Assembly (NCBI RefSeq): GCF_964204645.1
Contig: NW_027437445.1
Coordinates: 52,937 to 116,936 of the forward strand
DNA from: Tubulanus polymorphus
Taxonomy: Eukaryota > Animalia > Nemertea
DNA: 64,000 nucleotides
Direction of reading: 5' to 3'
The notes below the pieces were generated by a model. It saw only the letters and a program-made list of their open reading frames with translations. It did not search any database and was not told the origin of the DNA. Shown here one piece after another: positions 47,201 through 62,200 of this stretch. The position numbers and the translations under genes were made by a program. Numbering within the stretch: position 1 is the first letter of the stretch; the number at the start of each line of letters is the position of its first letter.

Positions 47201-50200
47201 ATCGGAAAAATGATAATGTCGATGCGTAAAAGCGCTCAAATCGACGGGAAAAGCACATTTCGACCCGAAAACGTCGTTCAGCGCGAGAAAAGACGTTTTC
47301 TCGACGGGAAAAGCACATTTCGGTCCGAAAACGTCGTTCAGCGCGAGAAAAGACGTTTTCTCGTCAATTTCTCCCCGTATCGGAAAAATGATAATGTCGA
47401 AGCGCAAAAGCGCTCAAATCGACGGGAAAAGCACATTTCGGTCCGAAAACGTCGTACAGCGCGAGAAAAGACGTTTTCTCGTCAACTTCTCCCCGTATCG
47501 GAAAAATGATAATGTCGATGCGTAAATGCGCTCAAATCGACGGGAAAAGCACATTTCGGCCCGAAAACGTCGTACAGCGCGAGAAAAGACGTTTTCTCGT
47601 CAACTTCTCCCCGTATCGGAAAAATGATAATGCCGATGCGCACAAGCACTCAAATCGACGGGAAAAGCACATTTCGGCCCGAAAACGTCGTTCAGCGCGA
47701 GAAAAGACGTTTTCTCGTCAACTTCTCCCCGTATCGGAAAAATGATAATGCCGATGCGCAAAAGCACTCAAATCGACGGAAAAAGCACATTTCGGCCCGA
47801 AAACGTCGTTCAGCGCGAGAAAAGACGTTTTCTCGTCAACTTCTCCCCGTATCGGAAAAATGATAATGTCGATGCGTAAAAGCGCTCAAATCGACGGGAA
47901 AAGCACATTTCGACCCGAAAACGTCGTTCAGCGCGAGAAAAGAAGTTTTCGTATCCAATATTCGTCCTATCGGAAAAACGACGATGTCGATGCGTAAAAG
48001 CGCTCAAATCGTCAGGAAAAGTGCATTTCGGCCCGAAAACGTCGTTCAGCGCGAGAAAAGACGTTTTTTCGTCAACTTCTCCCCGTATCGGAAAAATGAT
48101 AATGCCGATGCGCAAGAGCGCTCAAATCGACGGGAAAAGCACATTTCGGCCCGAAAACGTCGTACAGCGCGAGAAAAGACGTTTTCTCGTCAACTTCTCC
48201 CCGTATCGGAAAAATGATAATGCCGATGCGCAAAAGCGCTCAAATCGACGGGAAAAGCACATTTCGGCCCGAAAACGTCGTTCAGCGCGAGAAAAGACGT
48301 TTTCTCGTCAACTTCTCCCCGTATCGGAAAAATGATAATGCCGATGCGCAAAAGCGCTCAAATCGACGGGAAAAGCACATTTCGGCCCGAAAACGTCGTT
48401 CAGCGCGAGAAAAGACGTTTTCTCGTCACATTCTCCCCGTATCGGAAAAATGATAATGTCGATGCGTAAAAGCGCTCAAATCGACGGGAAAAGCACATTT
48501 CGACCCGAAAACGTCGTTCAGCGCGAGAAAAGACGTTTTCGTATCGAATATAAGCCCTATCGGAAAAACGACGATGTCGATGCGTAAAAGCGCTCAAATC
48601 GTCAGGAAAAGCGCATTTCGGCCCGAAAACGTCGTTCAGCGCGAGAAAAGACGTTTTCTCGTCAACTTCTCCCCGTATCGGAAAAATGATAATGCCGATG
48701 CGCAAAAGCGCTCAAATCGACGGGAAAAGCACATTTCGGCCCGAAAACGTCGTTCAGCGCGAGAAAAGACGTTTTCTCGTCAACTTCTCCCCGTATCGGA
48801 AAAATGATAATGTCGATGCGTAAAAGCTCTCAAATCGACGGGAAAAGCACATTTCGACCCGAAAACGTCGTTCAGCGCGAGAAAAGACGTTTTCGTATCG
48901 AATATTCCCCCTATCGGAAAAACGACGATGTCGATGCGTAAAAGCGCTCAAATCGTCAGGAAAAGCACATTTCGGCCCGAAAACGTCGTACAGCGCGAGA
49001 AAAGACGTTTTCTCGACGGGAAAAGCACATTTCGGTCCGAAAACGTCGTTCAGTGCGAGAAAAGACGTTTTCTCGTCAACTTCTCCCCGTATCGGAACAA
49101 TTATAATGCCGATGCGCAAAAGCGCTCAAATCGACGGGAAAAGCACATTTCGGCCCGAAAACGTCGTTCAGCGCGAGAAAAGACGTTTTCTCGTCAACTT
49201 CTCCCCGTATCGGAAAAATGATAATGTCGATGCGCAAAAGCGCTCAAATCGACGGGAAAAACACATTTCGGCCCGAAAACGTCGTTCAGCGCGAGAAAAG
49301 ACGTTTTCGTATCGAATATTCCCCCTATCGGAAAAACGACGATGTCGATGCGTAAAAGCGCTCAAATCGTCAGGAAAAGCACATTTCGGCCCGAAAACGT
49401 CGTTCAGCGCGAGAAAAGACGTTTTCTCGTCAACTTCTCCCCGTATCGGAAAAATGATAATGTCGATGCGTAAAAGCGCTCAAATCGTCAGGAAAAGCAC
49501 TTTTCGACCCGAAAACGTCGTTCAGCGCGAGAAAAGACGTTTTCTCGTCAACTTCTCCCCGTATCGGAAAAATGATAATGTCGATGCGTAAATGCGCTCA
49601 AATCGACGGGAAAAGCACATTTCGGCCCGAAAACGTCGTACAGCGCGAGAAAAGACGTTTTCTCGTCAACTTCTCCCCGTATCGGAAAAATGATAATGCC
49701 GATGCGCACAAGCACTCAAATCGACGGGAAAAGCACATTTCGGCCCGAAAACGTCGTTCAGCGCGAGAAAAGACGTTTTCTCGTCACTTTCTCCCCGTAT
49801 CGGAAAAATGATAATGCCGATGCGCAAAAGCACTCAAATCGACGGAAAAAGCACATTTCGGCCCGAAAACGTCGTTCAGCGCGAGAAAAGACGTTTTCTC
49901 GTCAACTTCTCCCCGTATCGGAAAAATGATAATGTCGATGCGTAAAAGCGCTCAAATCGACGGGAAAAGCACATTTCGACCCGAAAACGTCGTTCAGCGC
50001 GAGAAAAGAAGTTTTCGTATCCAATATTCGTCCTATCGGAAAAACGACGATGTCGATGCGTAAAAGCGCTCAAATCGTCAGGAAAAGTGCATTTCGGCCC
50101 GAAAACGTCGTTCAGCGCGAGAAAAGACGTTTTTTCGTCAACTTCTCCCCGTATCGGAAAAATGATAATGCCGATGCGCAAGAGCGCTCAAATCGACGGG

Positions 50201-53200
50201 AAAAGCACATTTCGGCCCGAAAACGTCGTACAGCGCGAGAAAAGACGTTTTCTCGTCAACTTCTCCCCGTATCGGAAAAATGATAATGCCGATGCGCAAA
50301 AGCGCTCAAATCGACGGGAAAAGCACATTTCGGCCCGAAAACGTCGTTCAGCGCGAGAAAAGACGTTTTCTCGTCAACTTCTCCCCGTATCGGAAAAATG
50401 ATAATGCCGATGCGCAAAAGCGCTCAAATCGACGGGAAAAGCACATTTCGGCCCGAAAACGTCGTTCAGCGCGAGAAAAGACGTTTTCTCGTCACATTCT
50501 CCCCGTATCGGAAAAATGATAATGTCGATGCGTAAAAGCGCTCAAATCGACGGGAAAAGCACATTTCGACCCGAAAACGTCGTTCAGCGCGAGAAAAGAC
50601 GTTTTCGTATCGAATATAAGCCCTATCGGAAAAACGACGATGTCGATGCGTAAAAGCGCTCAAATCGTCAGGAAAAGCGCATTTCGGCCCGAAAACGTCG
50701 TTCAGCGCGAGAAAAGACGTTTTCTCGTCAACTTCTCCCCGTATCGGAAAAATGATAATGCCGATGCGCAAAAGCGCTCAAATCGACGGGAAAAGCACAT
50801 TTCGGCCCGAAAACGTCGTTCAGCGCGAGAAAAGACGTTTTCTCGTCAACTTCTCCCCGTATCGGAAAAATGATAATGTCGATGCGTAAAAGCTCTCAAA
50901 TCGACGGGAAAAGCACATTTCGACCCGAAAACGTCGTTCAGCGCGAGAAAAGACGTTTTCGTATCGAATATTCCCCCTATCGGAAAAACGACGATGTCGA
51001 TGCGTAAAAGCGCTCAAATCGTCAGGAAAAGCACATTTCGGCCCGAAAACGTCGTACAGCGCGAGAAAAGACGTTTTCTCGACGGGAAAAGCACATTTCG
51101 GTCCGAAAACGTCGTTCAGTGCGAGAAAAGACGTTTTCTCGTCAACTTCTCCCCGTATCGGAACAATTATAATGCCGATGCGCAAAAGCGCTCAAATCGA
51201 CGGGAAAAGCACATTTCGGCCCGAAAACGTCGTTCAGCGCGAGAAAAGACGTTTTCTCGTCAACTTCTCCCCGTATCGGAAAAATGATAATGTCGATGCG
51301 CAAAAGCGCTCAAATCGACGGGAAAAACACATTTCGGCCCGAAAACGTCGTTCAGCGCGAGAAAAGACGTTTTCGTATCGAATATTCCCCCTATCGGAAA
51401 AACGACGATGTCGATGCGTAAAAGCGCTCAAATCGTCAGGAAAAGCACATTTCGGCCCGAAAACGTCGTTCAGCGCGAGAAAAGACGTTTTCTCGTCAAC
51501 TTCTCCCCGTATCGGAAAAATGATAATGTCGATGCGTAAAAGCGCTCAAATCGTCAGGAAAAGCACTTTTCGACCCGAAAACGTCGTTCAGCGCGAGAAA
51601 AGACGTTTTCGTATCGAATATTCGCCCTATCGGAAAAACGACGATGTCGATGCGTAAAAGCGCTCAAATCGTCAGGAAAAGCACATTTCGGCCCGAAAAC
51701 GTCGTACAGCGCGAGAAAAGACGTTTTCTCGACGGGAAAAGCACATTTCGGTCCGAAAACGTCGTTCAGCGCGAGAAAAGACGTTTTCTCGTCAATTTCT
51801 CCCCGTATCGGAAAAATGATAATGTCGAAGCGCAAAAGCGCTCAAATCGACGGGAAAAGCACATTTCGGTCCGAAAACGTCGTTCAGCGCGAGAAAAGAC
51901 GTTTTCTCGTCAACTTCTCCCCGTATCGGAAAAATGATAATGTCGATGCGTAAATGCGCTCAAATCGACGGGAAAAGCACATTTCGGCCCGAAAACGTCG
52001 TACAGCGCGAGAAAAGACGTTTTCTCGTCAACTTCTCCCCGTATCGGAAAAATGATAATGCCGATGCGCAAAAGCGCTCAAATCGACGGGAAAAGCACAT
52101 TTCGGCCCGAAAACGTCGTTCAGCGCGAGAAAAGACGTTTTCTCGTCAACTTCTCCCCGTATCGGAAAAATGATAATGCCGATGCGCAAAAGCGCTCAAA
52201 TCGACGGGAAAAGCACATTTCGGCCCGAAAACGTCGTTCAGCGCGAGAAAAGACGTTTTCTCGTCAACTTCTCCCCGTATCGGAAAAATGATAATGTCGA
52301 TGCGTAAAAGCGCTCAAATCGACGGGAAAAGCACATTTCGACCCGAAAACGTCGTTCAGCGCGAGAAAAGACGTTTTCTCGTCAACTTCTCCCCGTATCG
52401 GAAAAATGATAATGCCGATGCGCAAAAGCGCTCAAATCGACGGGAAAAGCACATTTCGGCCCGAAAACGTCGTTCAGCGCGAGAAAAGACGTTTTCGTAT
52501 CGAATATTCGCCCTATCGGAAAAACGACGATGTCGATGCGTAAAAGCGCTCAAATCGTCAGGAATAGCGCATTTCGGCCCGAAAACGTCGTTCAGCGCGA
52601 GAAAAGACGTTTTCTCGTCAACTTCTCCCCGTATCGGAAAAATGATAATGCCGATGCGCAAAAGCGCTCAAATCGACGGGAAAAGCACATTTCGGCCCGA
52701 AAACGTCGTTCAGCGCGAGAAAAGACGTTTTCTCGTCAACTTCTCCCCGTATCGGAAAAATTATAATGCCGATGCCCAAAAGCGCTCAAATCGACGGGAA
52801 AAGCACATTTCGGTCCGAAAACGTCGTTCAGCGCGAGAAAAGACGTTTTCGTATCGAATATTCGCCCTATCGGAAAAACGACGATGTCGATGCGTAAAAG
52901 CGCTCAAATCGTCAGGAATAGCGCATTTCGGCCCGAAAACGTCGTTCAGCGCGAGAAAAGACGTTTTCTCGTCAACTTCTCCCCGTATCGGAAAAATGAT
53001 AATGCCGATGCGCAAAAGCGCTCAAATCGACGGGAAAAGCACATTTCGGCCCGAAAACGTCGTTCAGCGCGAGAAAAGACGTTTTCTCGTCAACTTCTCC
53101 CCGTATCGGAAAAATGATAATGTCGATGCGTAAAAGCGCTCAAATCGTCAGGAAAAGCACTTTTCGACCCGAAAACGTCGTTCAGCGCGAGAAAAGACGT

Positions 53201-56200
53201 TTTCTCGTCAACTTCTCCCCGTATCGGAAAAATGATAATGCCGATGCGCAAAAGCTCTCAAATCGACGGGAAAAGCACATTTCGACCCGAAAACGTCGTT
53301 CAGCGCGAGAAAAGACGTTTTCGTATCGAATATTCCCCCTATCGGAAAAACGACGATGTCGATGCGTAAAAGCGCTCAAATCGTCAGGAAAAGCACATTT
53401 CGGCCCGAAAACGTCGTACAGCGCGAGAAAAGACGTTTTCTCGACGGGAAAAGCACATTTCGGTCCGAAAACGTCGTTCAGTGCGAGAAAAGACGTTTTC
53501 TCGTCAACTTCTCCCCGTATCGGAACAATTATAATGCCGATGCGCAAAAGCGCTCAAATCGACGGGAAAAGCACATTTCGGCCCGAAAACGTCGTTCAGC
53601 GCGAGAAAAGACGTTTTCTCGTCAACTTCTCCCCGTATCGGAAAAATGATAATGTCGATGCGCAAAAGCGCTCAAATCGACGGGAAAAACACATTTCGGC
53701 CCGAAAACGTCGTTCAGCGCGAGAAAAGACGTTTTCGTATCGAATATTCCCCCTATCGGAAAAACGACGATGTCGATGCGTAAAAGCGCTCAAATCGTCA
53801 GGAAAAGCACATTTCGGCCCGAAAACGTCGTTCAGCGCGAGAAAAGACGTTTTCTCGTCAACTTCTCCCCGTATCGGAAAAATGATAATGTCGATGCGTA
53901 AAAGCGCTCAAATCGTCAGGAAAAGCACTTTTCGACCCGAAAACGTCGTTCAGCGCGAGAAAAGACGTTTTCGTATCGAATATTCGCCCTATCGGAAAAA
54001 CGACGATGTCGATGCGTAAAAGCGCTCAAATCGTCAGGAAAAGCACATTTCGGCCCGAAAACGTCGTACAGCGCGAGAAAAGACGTTTTCTCGACGGGAA
54101 AAGCACATTTCGGTCCGAAAACGTCGTTCAGCGCGAGAAAAGACGTTTTCTCGTCAATTTCTCCCCGTATCGGAAAAATGATAATGTCGAAGCGCAAAAG
54201 CGCTCAAATCGACGGGAAAAGCACATTTCGGTCCGAAAACGTCGTTCAGCGCGAGAAAAGACGTTTTCTCGTCAACTTCTCCCCGTATCGGAAAAATGAT
54301 AATGTCGATGCGTAAATGCGCTCAAATCGACGGGAAAAGCACATTTCGGCCCGAAAACGTCGTACAGCGCGAGAAAAGACGTTTTCTCGTCAACTTCTCC
54401 CCGTATCGGAAAAATGATAATGCCGATGCGCAAAAGCGCTCAAATCGACGGGAAAAGCACATTTCGGCCCGAAAACGTCGTTCAGCGCGAGAAAAGACGT
54501 TTTCTCGTCAACTTCTCCCCGTATCGGAAAAATGATAATGCCGATGCGCAAAAGCGCTCAAATCGACGGGAAAAGCACATTTCGGCCCGAAAACGTCGTT
54601 CAGCGCGAGAAAAGACGTTTTCTCGTCAACTTCTCCCCGTATCGGAAAAATGATAATGTCGATGCGTAAAAGCGCTCAAATCGACGGGAAAAGCACATTT
54701 CGACCCGAAAACGTCGTTCAGCGCGAGAAAAGACGTTTTCTCGTCAACTTCTCCCCGTATCGGAAAATGATAATGCCGATGCGCAAAAGCGCTCAAATCG
54801 ACGGGAAAAGCACATTTCGGCCCGAAAACGTCGTTCAGCGCGAGAAAAGACGTTTTCGTATCGAATATTCGCCCTATCGGAAAACGACGATGTCGATGCG
54901 TAAAAGCGCTCAAATCGTCAGGAATAGCGCATTTCGGCCCGAAAACGTCGTTCAGCGCGAGAAAAGACGTTTTCTCGTCAACTTCTCCCCGTATCGGAAA
55001 AATGATAATGCCGATGCGCAAAAGCGCTCAAATCGACGGGAAAAGCACATTTCGGCCCGAAAACGTCGTTCAGCGCGAGAAAAGACGTTTTCTCGTCAAC
55101 TTCTCCCCGTATCGGAAAAATTATAATGCCGATGCCCAAAAGCGCTCAAATCGACGGGAAAAGCACATTTCGGTCCGAAAACGTCGTTCAGCGCGAGAAA
55201 AGACGTTTTCGTATCGAATATTCGCCCTATCGGAAAAACGACGATGTCGATGCGTAAAAGCGCTCAAATCGTCAGGAATAGCGCATTTCGGCCCGAAAAC
55301 GTCGTTCAGCGCGAGAAAAGACGTTTTCTCGTCAACTTCTCCCCGTATCGGAAAAATGATAATGCCGATGCGCAAAAGCGCTCAAATCGACGGGAAAAGC
55401 ACATTTCGGCCCGAAAACGTCGTTCAGCGCGAGAAAAGACGTTTTCTCGTCAACTTCTCCCCGTATCGGAAAAATGATAATGTCGATGCGTAAAAGCGCT
55501 CAAATCGTCAGGAAAAGCACTTTTCGACCCGAAAACGTCGTTCAGCGCGAGAAAAGACGTTTTCTCGTCAACTTCTCCCCGTATCGGAAAAATGATAATG
55601 CCGATGCGCAAAAGCGCTCAAATCGACGGGAAAAGCACATTTCGGCCCAAAAACGTCGTTCAGCGCGAGAAAAGACGTTTTCTCGACGGGAAAAGCACAT
55701 TTCGGTCCGAAAACGTCGTTCAGCGCGAGAAAAGACGTTTTCTCGTCAATTTCTCCCCGTATCGGAAAAATGATAATGTCGAAGCGCAAAAGCGCTCAAA
55801 TCGACGGGAAAAGCACATTTCGGTCCGAAAACGTCGTTCAGCGCGAGAAAAGACGTTTTCTCGTCAACTTCTCCCCGTATCGGAAAAATGATAATGTCGA
55901 TGCGTAAATGCGCTCAAATCGACGGGAAAAGCACATTTCGGCCCGAAAACGTCGTACAGCGCGAGAAAAGACGTTTTCTCGTCAACTTCTCCCCGTATCG
56001 GAAAAATGATAATGCCGATGCGCAAAAGCGCTCAAATCGACGGGAAAAGCACATTTCGGCCCGAAAACGTCGTTCAGCGCGAGAAAAGACGTTTTCTCGT
56101 CAACTTCTCCCCGTATCGGAAAAATGATAATGCCGACGCGCAAAAGCGCTCAAATCGACGGGAAAAGCACATTTCGGCCCGAAAACGTCGTTCAGCGCGA

Positions 56201-59200
56201 GAAAAGACGTTTTCTCGTCAACTTCTCCCCGTATCGGAAAAATGATAATGTCGATGCGTAAAAGCGCTCAAATCGACGGGAAAAGCACATTTCGACCCGA
56301 AAACGTCGTTCAGCGCGAGAAAAGACGTTTTCTCGTCAACTTCTCCCCGTATCGGAAAAATGATAATGCCGATGCGCAAAAGCGCTCAAATCGACGGGAA
56401 AAGCACATTTCGGCCCGAAAACGTCGTTCAGCGCGAGAAAAGACGTTTTCTCGTCAACTTCTCCCCGTATCGGAAAAATGATAATGTCGATGCGTAAAAG
56501 CTCTCAAATCGACGGGAAAAGCACATTTCGACCCGAAAACGTCGTTCAGCGCGAGAAAAGACGTTTTCTCGTCAACTTCTCCCCGTATCGGAAAAATGAT
56601 AATGCCGATGCGCAAAAGCGCTCAAATCGACGGGAAAAGCACATTTCGGCCCGAAAACGTCGTTCAGCGCGAGAAAAGACGTTTTCTCGTCAACTTCTCC
56701 CCGTATCGGAAAAATGATAATGTCGATGCGCAAAAGCGCTCAAATCGACGGGAAAAGCACATTTCGGCCCGAAAACGTCGTTCAGCGCGAGAAAAGACGT
56801 TTTCTCGTCAACTTCTCCCCGTATCGGAAAAATGATAATGTCGATGCGTAAAAGCGCTCAAATCGTCAGGAAAAGCACTTTTCGACCCGAAAACGTCGTT
56901 CAGCGCGAGAAAAGACGTTTTCTCGTCAACTTCTCCCCGTATCGGAAAAATGATAATGTCGATGCGTAAAAGCTCTCAAATCGACGGGAAAAGCACATTT
57001 CGACCCAAAAACGTCGTTCAGCGCGAGAAAAGACGTTTTCGTATCGAATATTCCCCCTATCGGAAAAACGACGATGTCGATGCGTAAAAGCGCTCAAATC
57101 GTCAGGAAAAGCACATTTCGGCCCGAAAACGTCGTACAGCGCGAGAAAAGACGTTTTCTCGACGGGAAAAGCACATTTCGGTCCGAAAACGTCGTTCAGC
57201 GCGAGAAAAGACGTTTTCTCGTCAATTTCTCCCCGTATCGGAAAAATGATAATGTCGAAGCGCAAAAGCGCTCAAATCGACGGGAAAAGCACATTTCGGT
57301 CCGAAAACGTCGCTCAGCGCGAGAAAAGACGTTTTCTCGTCAACTTCTCCCCGTATCGGAAAAATGATAATGTCGATGCGTAAATGCGCTCAAATCGACG
57401 GGAAAAGCACATTTCGGCCCGAAAACGTCGTACAGCGCGAGAAAAGACGTTTTCTCGTCAACTTCTCCCCGTATCGGAAAAATGATAATGCCGATGCGCA
57501 AAAGCGCTCAAATCGACGGGAAAAGCACATTTCGGCCCGAAAACGTCGTTCAGCGCGAGAAAAGACGTTTTCTCGTCAACTTCTCCCCGTATCGGAAAAA
57601 TGATAATGCCGATGCGCAAAAGCGCTCAAATCGACGGGAAAAGCACATTTCGGCCCGAAAACGTCGTTCAGCGCGAGAAAAGACGTTTTCTCGTCAACTT
57701 CTCCCCGTATCGGAAAAATGATAATGCCGATGCGCAAAAGCGCTCAAATCGACGGGAAAAGCACATTTCGGCCCGAAAACGTCGTTCAGCGCGAGAAAAG
57801 ACGTTTTCTCGTCAACTTCTCCCCGTATCGGAAAAATGATAATGTCGATGCGTAAAAGCGCTCAAATCGACGGGAAAAGCACATTTCGACCCGAAAACGT
57901 CGTTCAGCGCGAGAAAAGACGTTTTCTCGTCAACTTCTCCCTGTATCGGAAAAATGATAATGCCGATGCGCAAAAGCGCTCAAATCGACGGGAAAAGCAC
58001 ATTTCGGTCCGAAAACGTCGCTCAGCGCGAGAAAAGACGTTTTCTCGTCAACTTCTCCCCGTATCGGAAAAATGATAATGTCGATGCGTAAAAGCGCTCA
58101 AATCGACGGGAAAAGCACATTTCGACCCGAAAACGTCGTTCAGCGCGAGAAAAGACGTTTTCTCGTCAACTTCTCCTGTATCGGAAAAATGATAATGCCG
58201 ATGCGCAAAAGCGCTCAAATCGACGGGAAAAGCACATTTCGGCCCGAAAACGTCGTTCAGCGCGAGAAAAGACGTTTTCTCGTCAACTTCTCCCCGTATC
58301 GGAAAAATGATAATGCCGATGCGCAAAAGCGCTCAAATCGACGGGAAAAGCACATTTCGGCCCGAAAACGTCGTTCAGCGCGAGAAAAGACGTTTTCTCG
58401 TCAACTTCTCCCCGTATCGGAAAAATTATAATGCCGATGCGCAAAAGCGCTCAAATCGACGGGAAAAGCACATTTCGGCCCGAAAACGTCGTTCAGCGCG
58501 AGAAAAGACGTTTTCTCGTCAACTTCTCCCCGTATCGGAAAAATGATAATGTCGATGCGCAAAAGCGCTCAAATCGACGGAAAAGCACATTTCGGCCCGA
58601 AAAAGTCGTTCAGCGCGAGAAAAGACGTTTTCTCGTCAACTTCTCCCCGTATCGGAAAAATTATAATGCCGATGCGCAAAAGCGCTCAAATCGACGGGAA
58701 AAGCACATTTCAGTCCGAAAACGTCGTTCAGCGCGAGAAAAGACGTCTTCTCGTCAACTTCTCCCCGTATCGGAAAAATGATAATGTCGATGCGTAAAAG
58801 CGCTCAAATCGACGGCAAAAGCACATTTCGACCCGAAAACGTCGTTCAGCGCGAGAAAAGACGTTTTCGTATCGAATATTCGCCCTATCGGAAAAACGAC
58901 GATGTCGATGCGTAAAAGCGCTCAAATCGTCAGGAAAAGCGCATTTCGGCCCGAAAACGTCGTTCAGCGCGAGAAAAGACGTTTTCTCGTCAACTTCTCC
59001 CCGTATCGGAAAAATGATAATGCCGATGCGCAAAAGCGCTCAAATCGACGGGTAAAGCACATTTCGGCCCGAAAACGTCGTTCAGCGCGAGAAAAGACGT
59101 TTTCTCGTCAACTTCTCCCCGTATCGGAAAAATGATAATGTCGATGCGTAAAAGCGCTCAAATCGTCAGGAAAAGCACTTTTCGACCCGAAAACGTCGTT

Positions 59201-62200
59201 CAGCGCGAGAAAAGACGTTTTCGTATCGAATATTCCCCCTATCGGAAAAACGACGATGTCGATGCGTAAAAGCGCTCAAATCGTCAGGAAAAGCGCATTT
59301 CGGCCCGAAAACGTCGTTCAGTGCGAGAAAAGACGTTTTCTCGTCAACTTCTCCCCGTATCGGAAAAATGATAATGTCGATGCGTAAAAGCGCTCAAATC
59401 GTCAGGAAAAGCACTTTTCGACCCGAAAACGTCGTTCAGCGCAAGAAAAGACGTTTTCGTATCGAATATTCCCCCTATCGGAAAAACGACGATGTCGATG
59501 CGTAAAAGCGCTCAAGTCGTCAGGAAAAGCGCATTTCGACCCGAAAACGTCGTTCAGTGCGAGAAAAGACGTTTTCTCGTCAACTTCTTCCCGTATCGGA
59601 AAAATGATAATGTCGATGAGCAAAAGCGCTCAAATCGACGGGAAAAGCACATTTCGGTCCGAAAACGTCGTTCAGCGCGAGAAAAGACGTTTTCTCTTCA
59701 ACTTCTCCCCGTATCGGAAAAATGATAATGCCGATGCGCAAAAGCGCTCAAATCGACGGGAAAAGCACATTTCGGCCCAAAAACGTCGTTCAGCGCGAGA
59801 AAAGACGTTTTCGTATCGAATATTCGCCCTATCGGAAAAACGACGATGTCGATGCGTAAAAGCGCTCAAATCGTCAGGAAAAGCGCATTTCGGCCCGAAA
59901 ACGTCGTTCAGTGCGAGAAAAGACGTTTTCTCGTTAACTTCTCCCCGTATCGGAAAAATGATAATGTCGATGCGTAAAAGCGCTCAAATCGTCAGGAAAA
60001 GCACTTTTCGACCCGAAAACGTCGTTCAGCGCAAGAAAAGACGTTTTCGTATCGAATATTCCCCCTATCGGAAAAACGACGATGTCGATGCGTAAAAGCG
60101 CTCAAATCGTCAGGAAAAGCGCATTTCGACCCGAAAACGTCGTTCAGTGCGAGAAAAGACGTTTTCTCGTCAACTTCTCCCCGTATCGGAAAAATGATAA
60201 TGTCGATGCGTAAAAGCGCTCAAATCGTCAGGAAAAGCACTTTTCGACCCGAAAACGTCGTTCAGCGCGAGAAAAGACGTTTTCGTATCGAATATTCCCC
60301 CTATCGGAAAAAACGACGATGTCGATGCGTAAAAGCGCTCAAATCGTCAGGAAAAGCGCATTTCGGCCCGAAAACGTCGTTCAGTGCGAGAAAAGACGTT
60401 TTCTCGTCAACTTCTCCCCGTATCGGAAAAATGATAATGTCGATGCGTAAAAGCGCTCAAATCGTCAGGAAAAGCACTTTTCGACCCGAAAACGTCGTTC
60501 AGCGCAAGAAAGACGTTTTCGTATCGAATATTCCCCCTATCGGAAAAACGACGATGTCGATGCGTAAAAGCGCTCAAGTCGTCAGGAAAAGCGCATTTCG
60601 ACCCGAAAACGTCGTTCAGTGCGAGAAAAGACGTTTTCTCGTCAACTTCTTCCCGTATCGGAAAAATGATAATGTCGATGAGCAAAAGCGCTCAAATCGA
60701 CGGGAAAAGCACATTTCGGTCCGAAAACGTCGTTCAGCGCGAGAAAAGACGTTTTCTCTTCAACTTCTCCCCGTATCGGAAAAATGATAATGTCGATGCG
60801 TAAAAGCGCTCAAATCGACTGGAAAAGCACATTTCGACCCGAAAACGTCGTTCAGCGCGAGAAAAGACGTTTTCGTATCGAATATTCCCCCTATCGGAAA
60901 AACGACGATGTCGATGCGTAAAAGCGCTCAAATCGTCAGGAAAAGCACATTTCGGCCCGAAAACGTCGTACAGCGCGAGAAAAGACGTTTTCTCGACGGG
61001 AAAAGCACATTTCGGTCCGAAAACGTCGTTCAGCGCGAGAAAAGACGTTTTCTCGTCAACTTCTCCCCGTATCGGAAAAATGATAATGTCGATGCGCAAA
61101 AGCGCTCAAATCGACGGAAAAACACATTTCGGCCCGAAAACGTCGTTCAGCGCGAGAAAAGACGTTTTCGTATCGAATATTCCCCCTATCGGAAAAACGA
61201 CGATGTCGATGCGTAAAAGCGCTCAAATCGTCAGGAAAAGCACATTTCGGCCCGAAAACGTCGTTCAGCGCGAGAAAAGACGTTTCTCGTCAACTTCTCC
61301 CCGTATCGGAAAAATGATAATGTCGATTCGTAAAAGCGCTCAAATCGACGGGAAAAGCACATTTCGACCCGAAAACGTCGTTCAGCGCGAGAATAGACGT
61401 TTTCGTATCGAATATTCCCCCTATCGGAAAAACGACGATGTCGATGCGTAAAGCGCTCAAATCGTCAGGAAAAGCGCATTTCGGCCCGAAAACGTCGTTC
61501 AGTGCGAGAAAAGACGTTTTCTCGTCAACTTCTCCCCGTATCGGAAAAATGATAATGTCGATGAGCAAAAGCGCTCAAATCGACGGGAAAAGCACATTTC
61601 GGTCCGAAAACGTCGTTCAGCGCGAGAAAAGACGTTTTCGTATCGAATATTCGCCCTATCGGAAAAACGACGATGTCGATGCGTAAAAGCGCTCAAATCG
61701 TCAGGAAAAGCGCATTTCGGCCCGAAAACGTCGTTCAGTGCGAGAAAAGACGTTTTCTCGTCAACTTCTCCCCGTATCGGAAAAATGATAATGTCGATGC
61801 GTAAAAGCGCTCAAATCGTCAGGAAAAGCACTTTTCGACCCGAAAACGTCGTTCAGCGCGAGAAAAGACGTTTTCTCGTCAACTTCTCTCCGTATCGGAA
61901 AAATGATAATGTCGATGCGTAAATGCGCTCAAATCGACGGGAAAAGCACATTTCGGCCCGAAAACGTCGTACAGCGCGAGAAAAGACGTTTTCTCGTCAA
62001 CTTCTCCCCGTATCGGAAAAATGATAATGCCGATGCGCAAAAGCGCTCAAATCGACGGGAAAAGCACATTTCGGCCCGAAAACGTCGTTCAGCGCGAGAA
62101 AAGACGTTTTCTCGTCAACTTCTCCCCGTATCGGAAAAATGATAATGCCGATGCGCAAAAGCGCTCAAATCGACGGGAAAAGCACATTTCGGTCCGAAAA

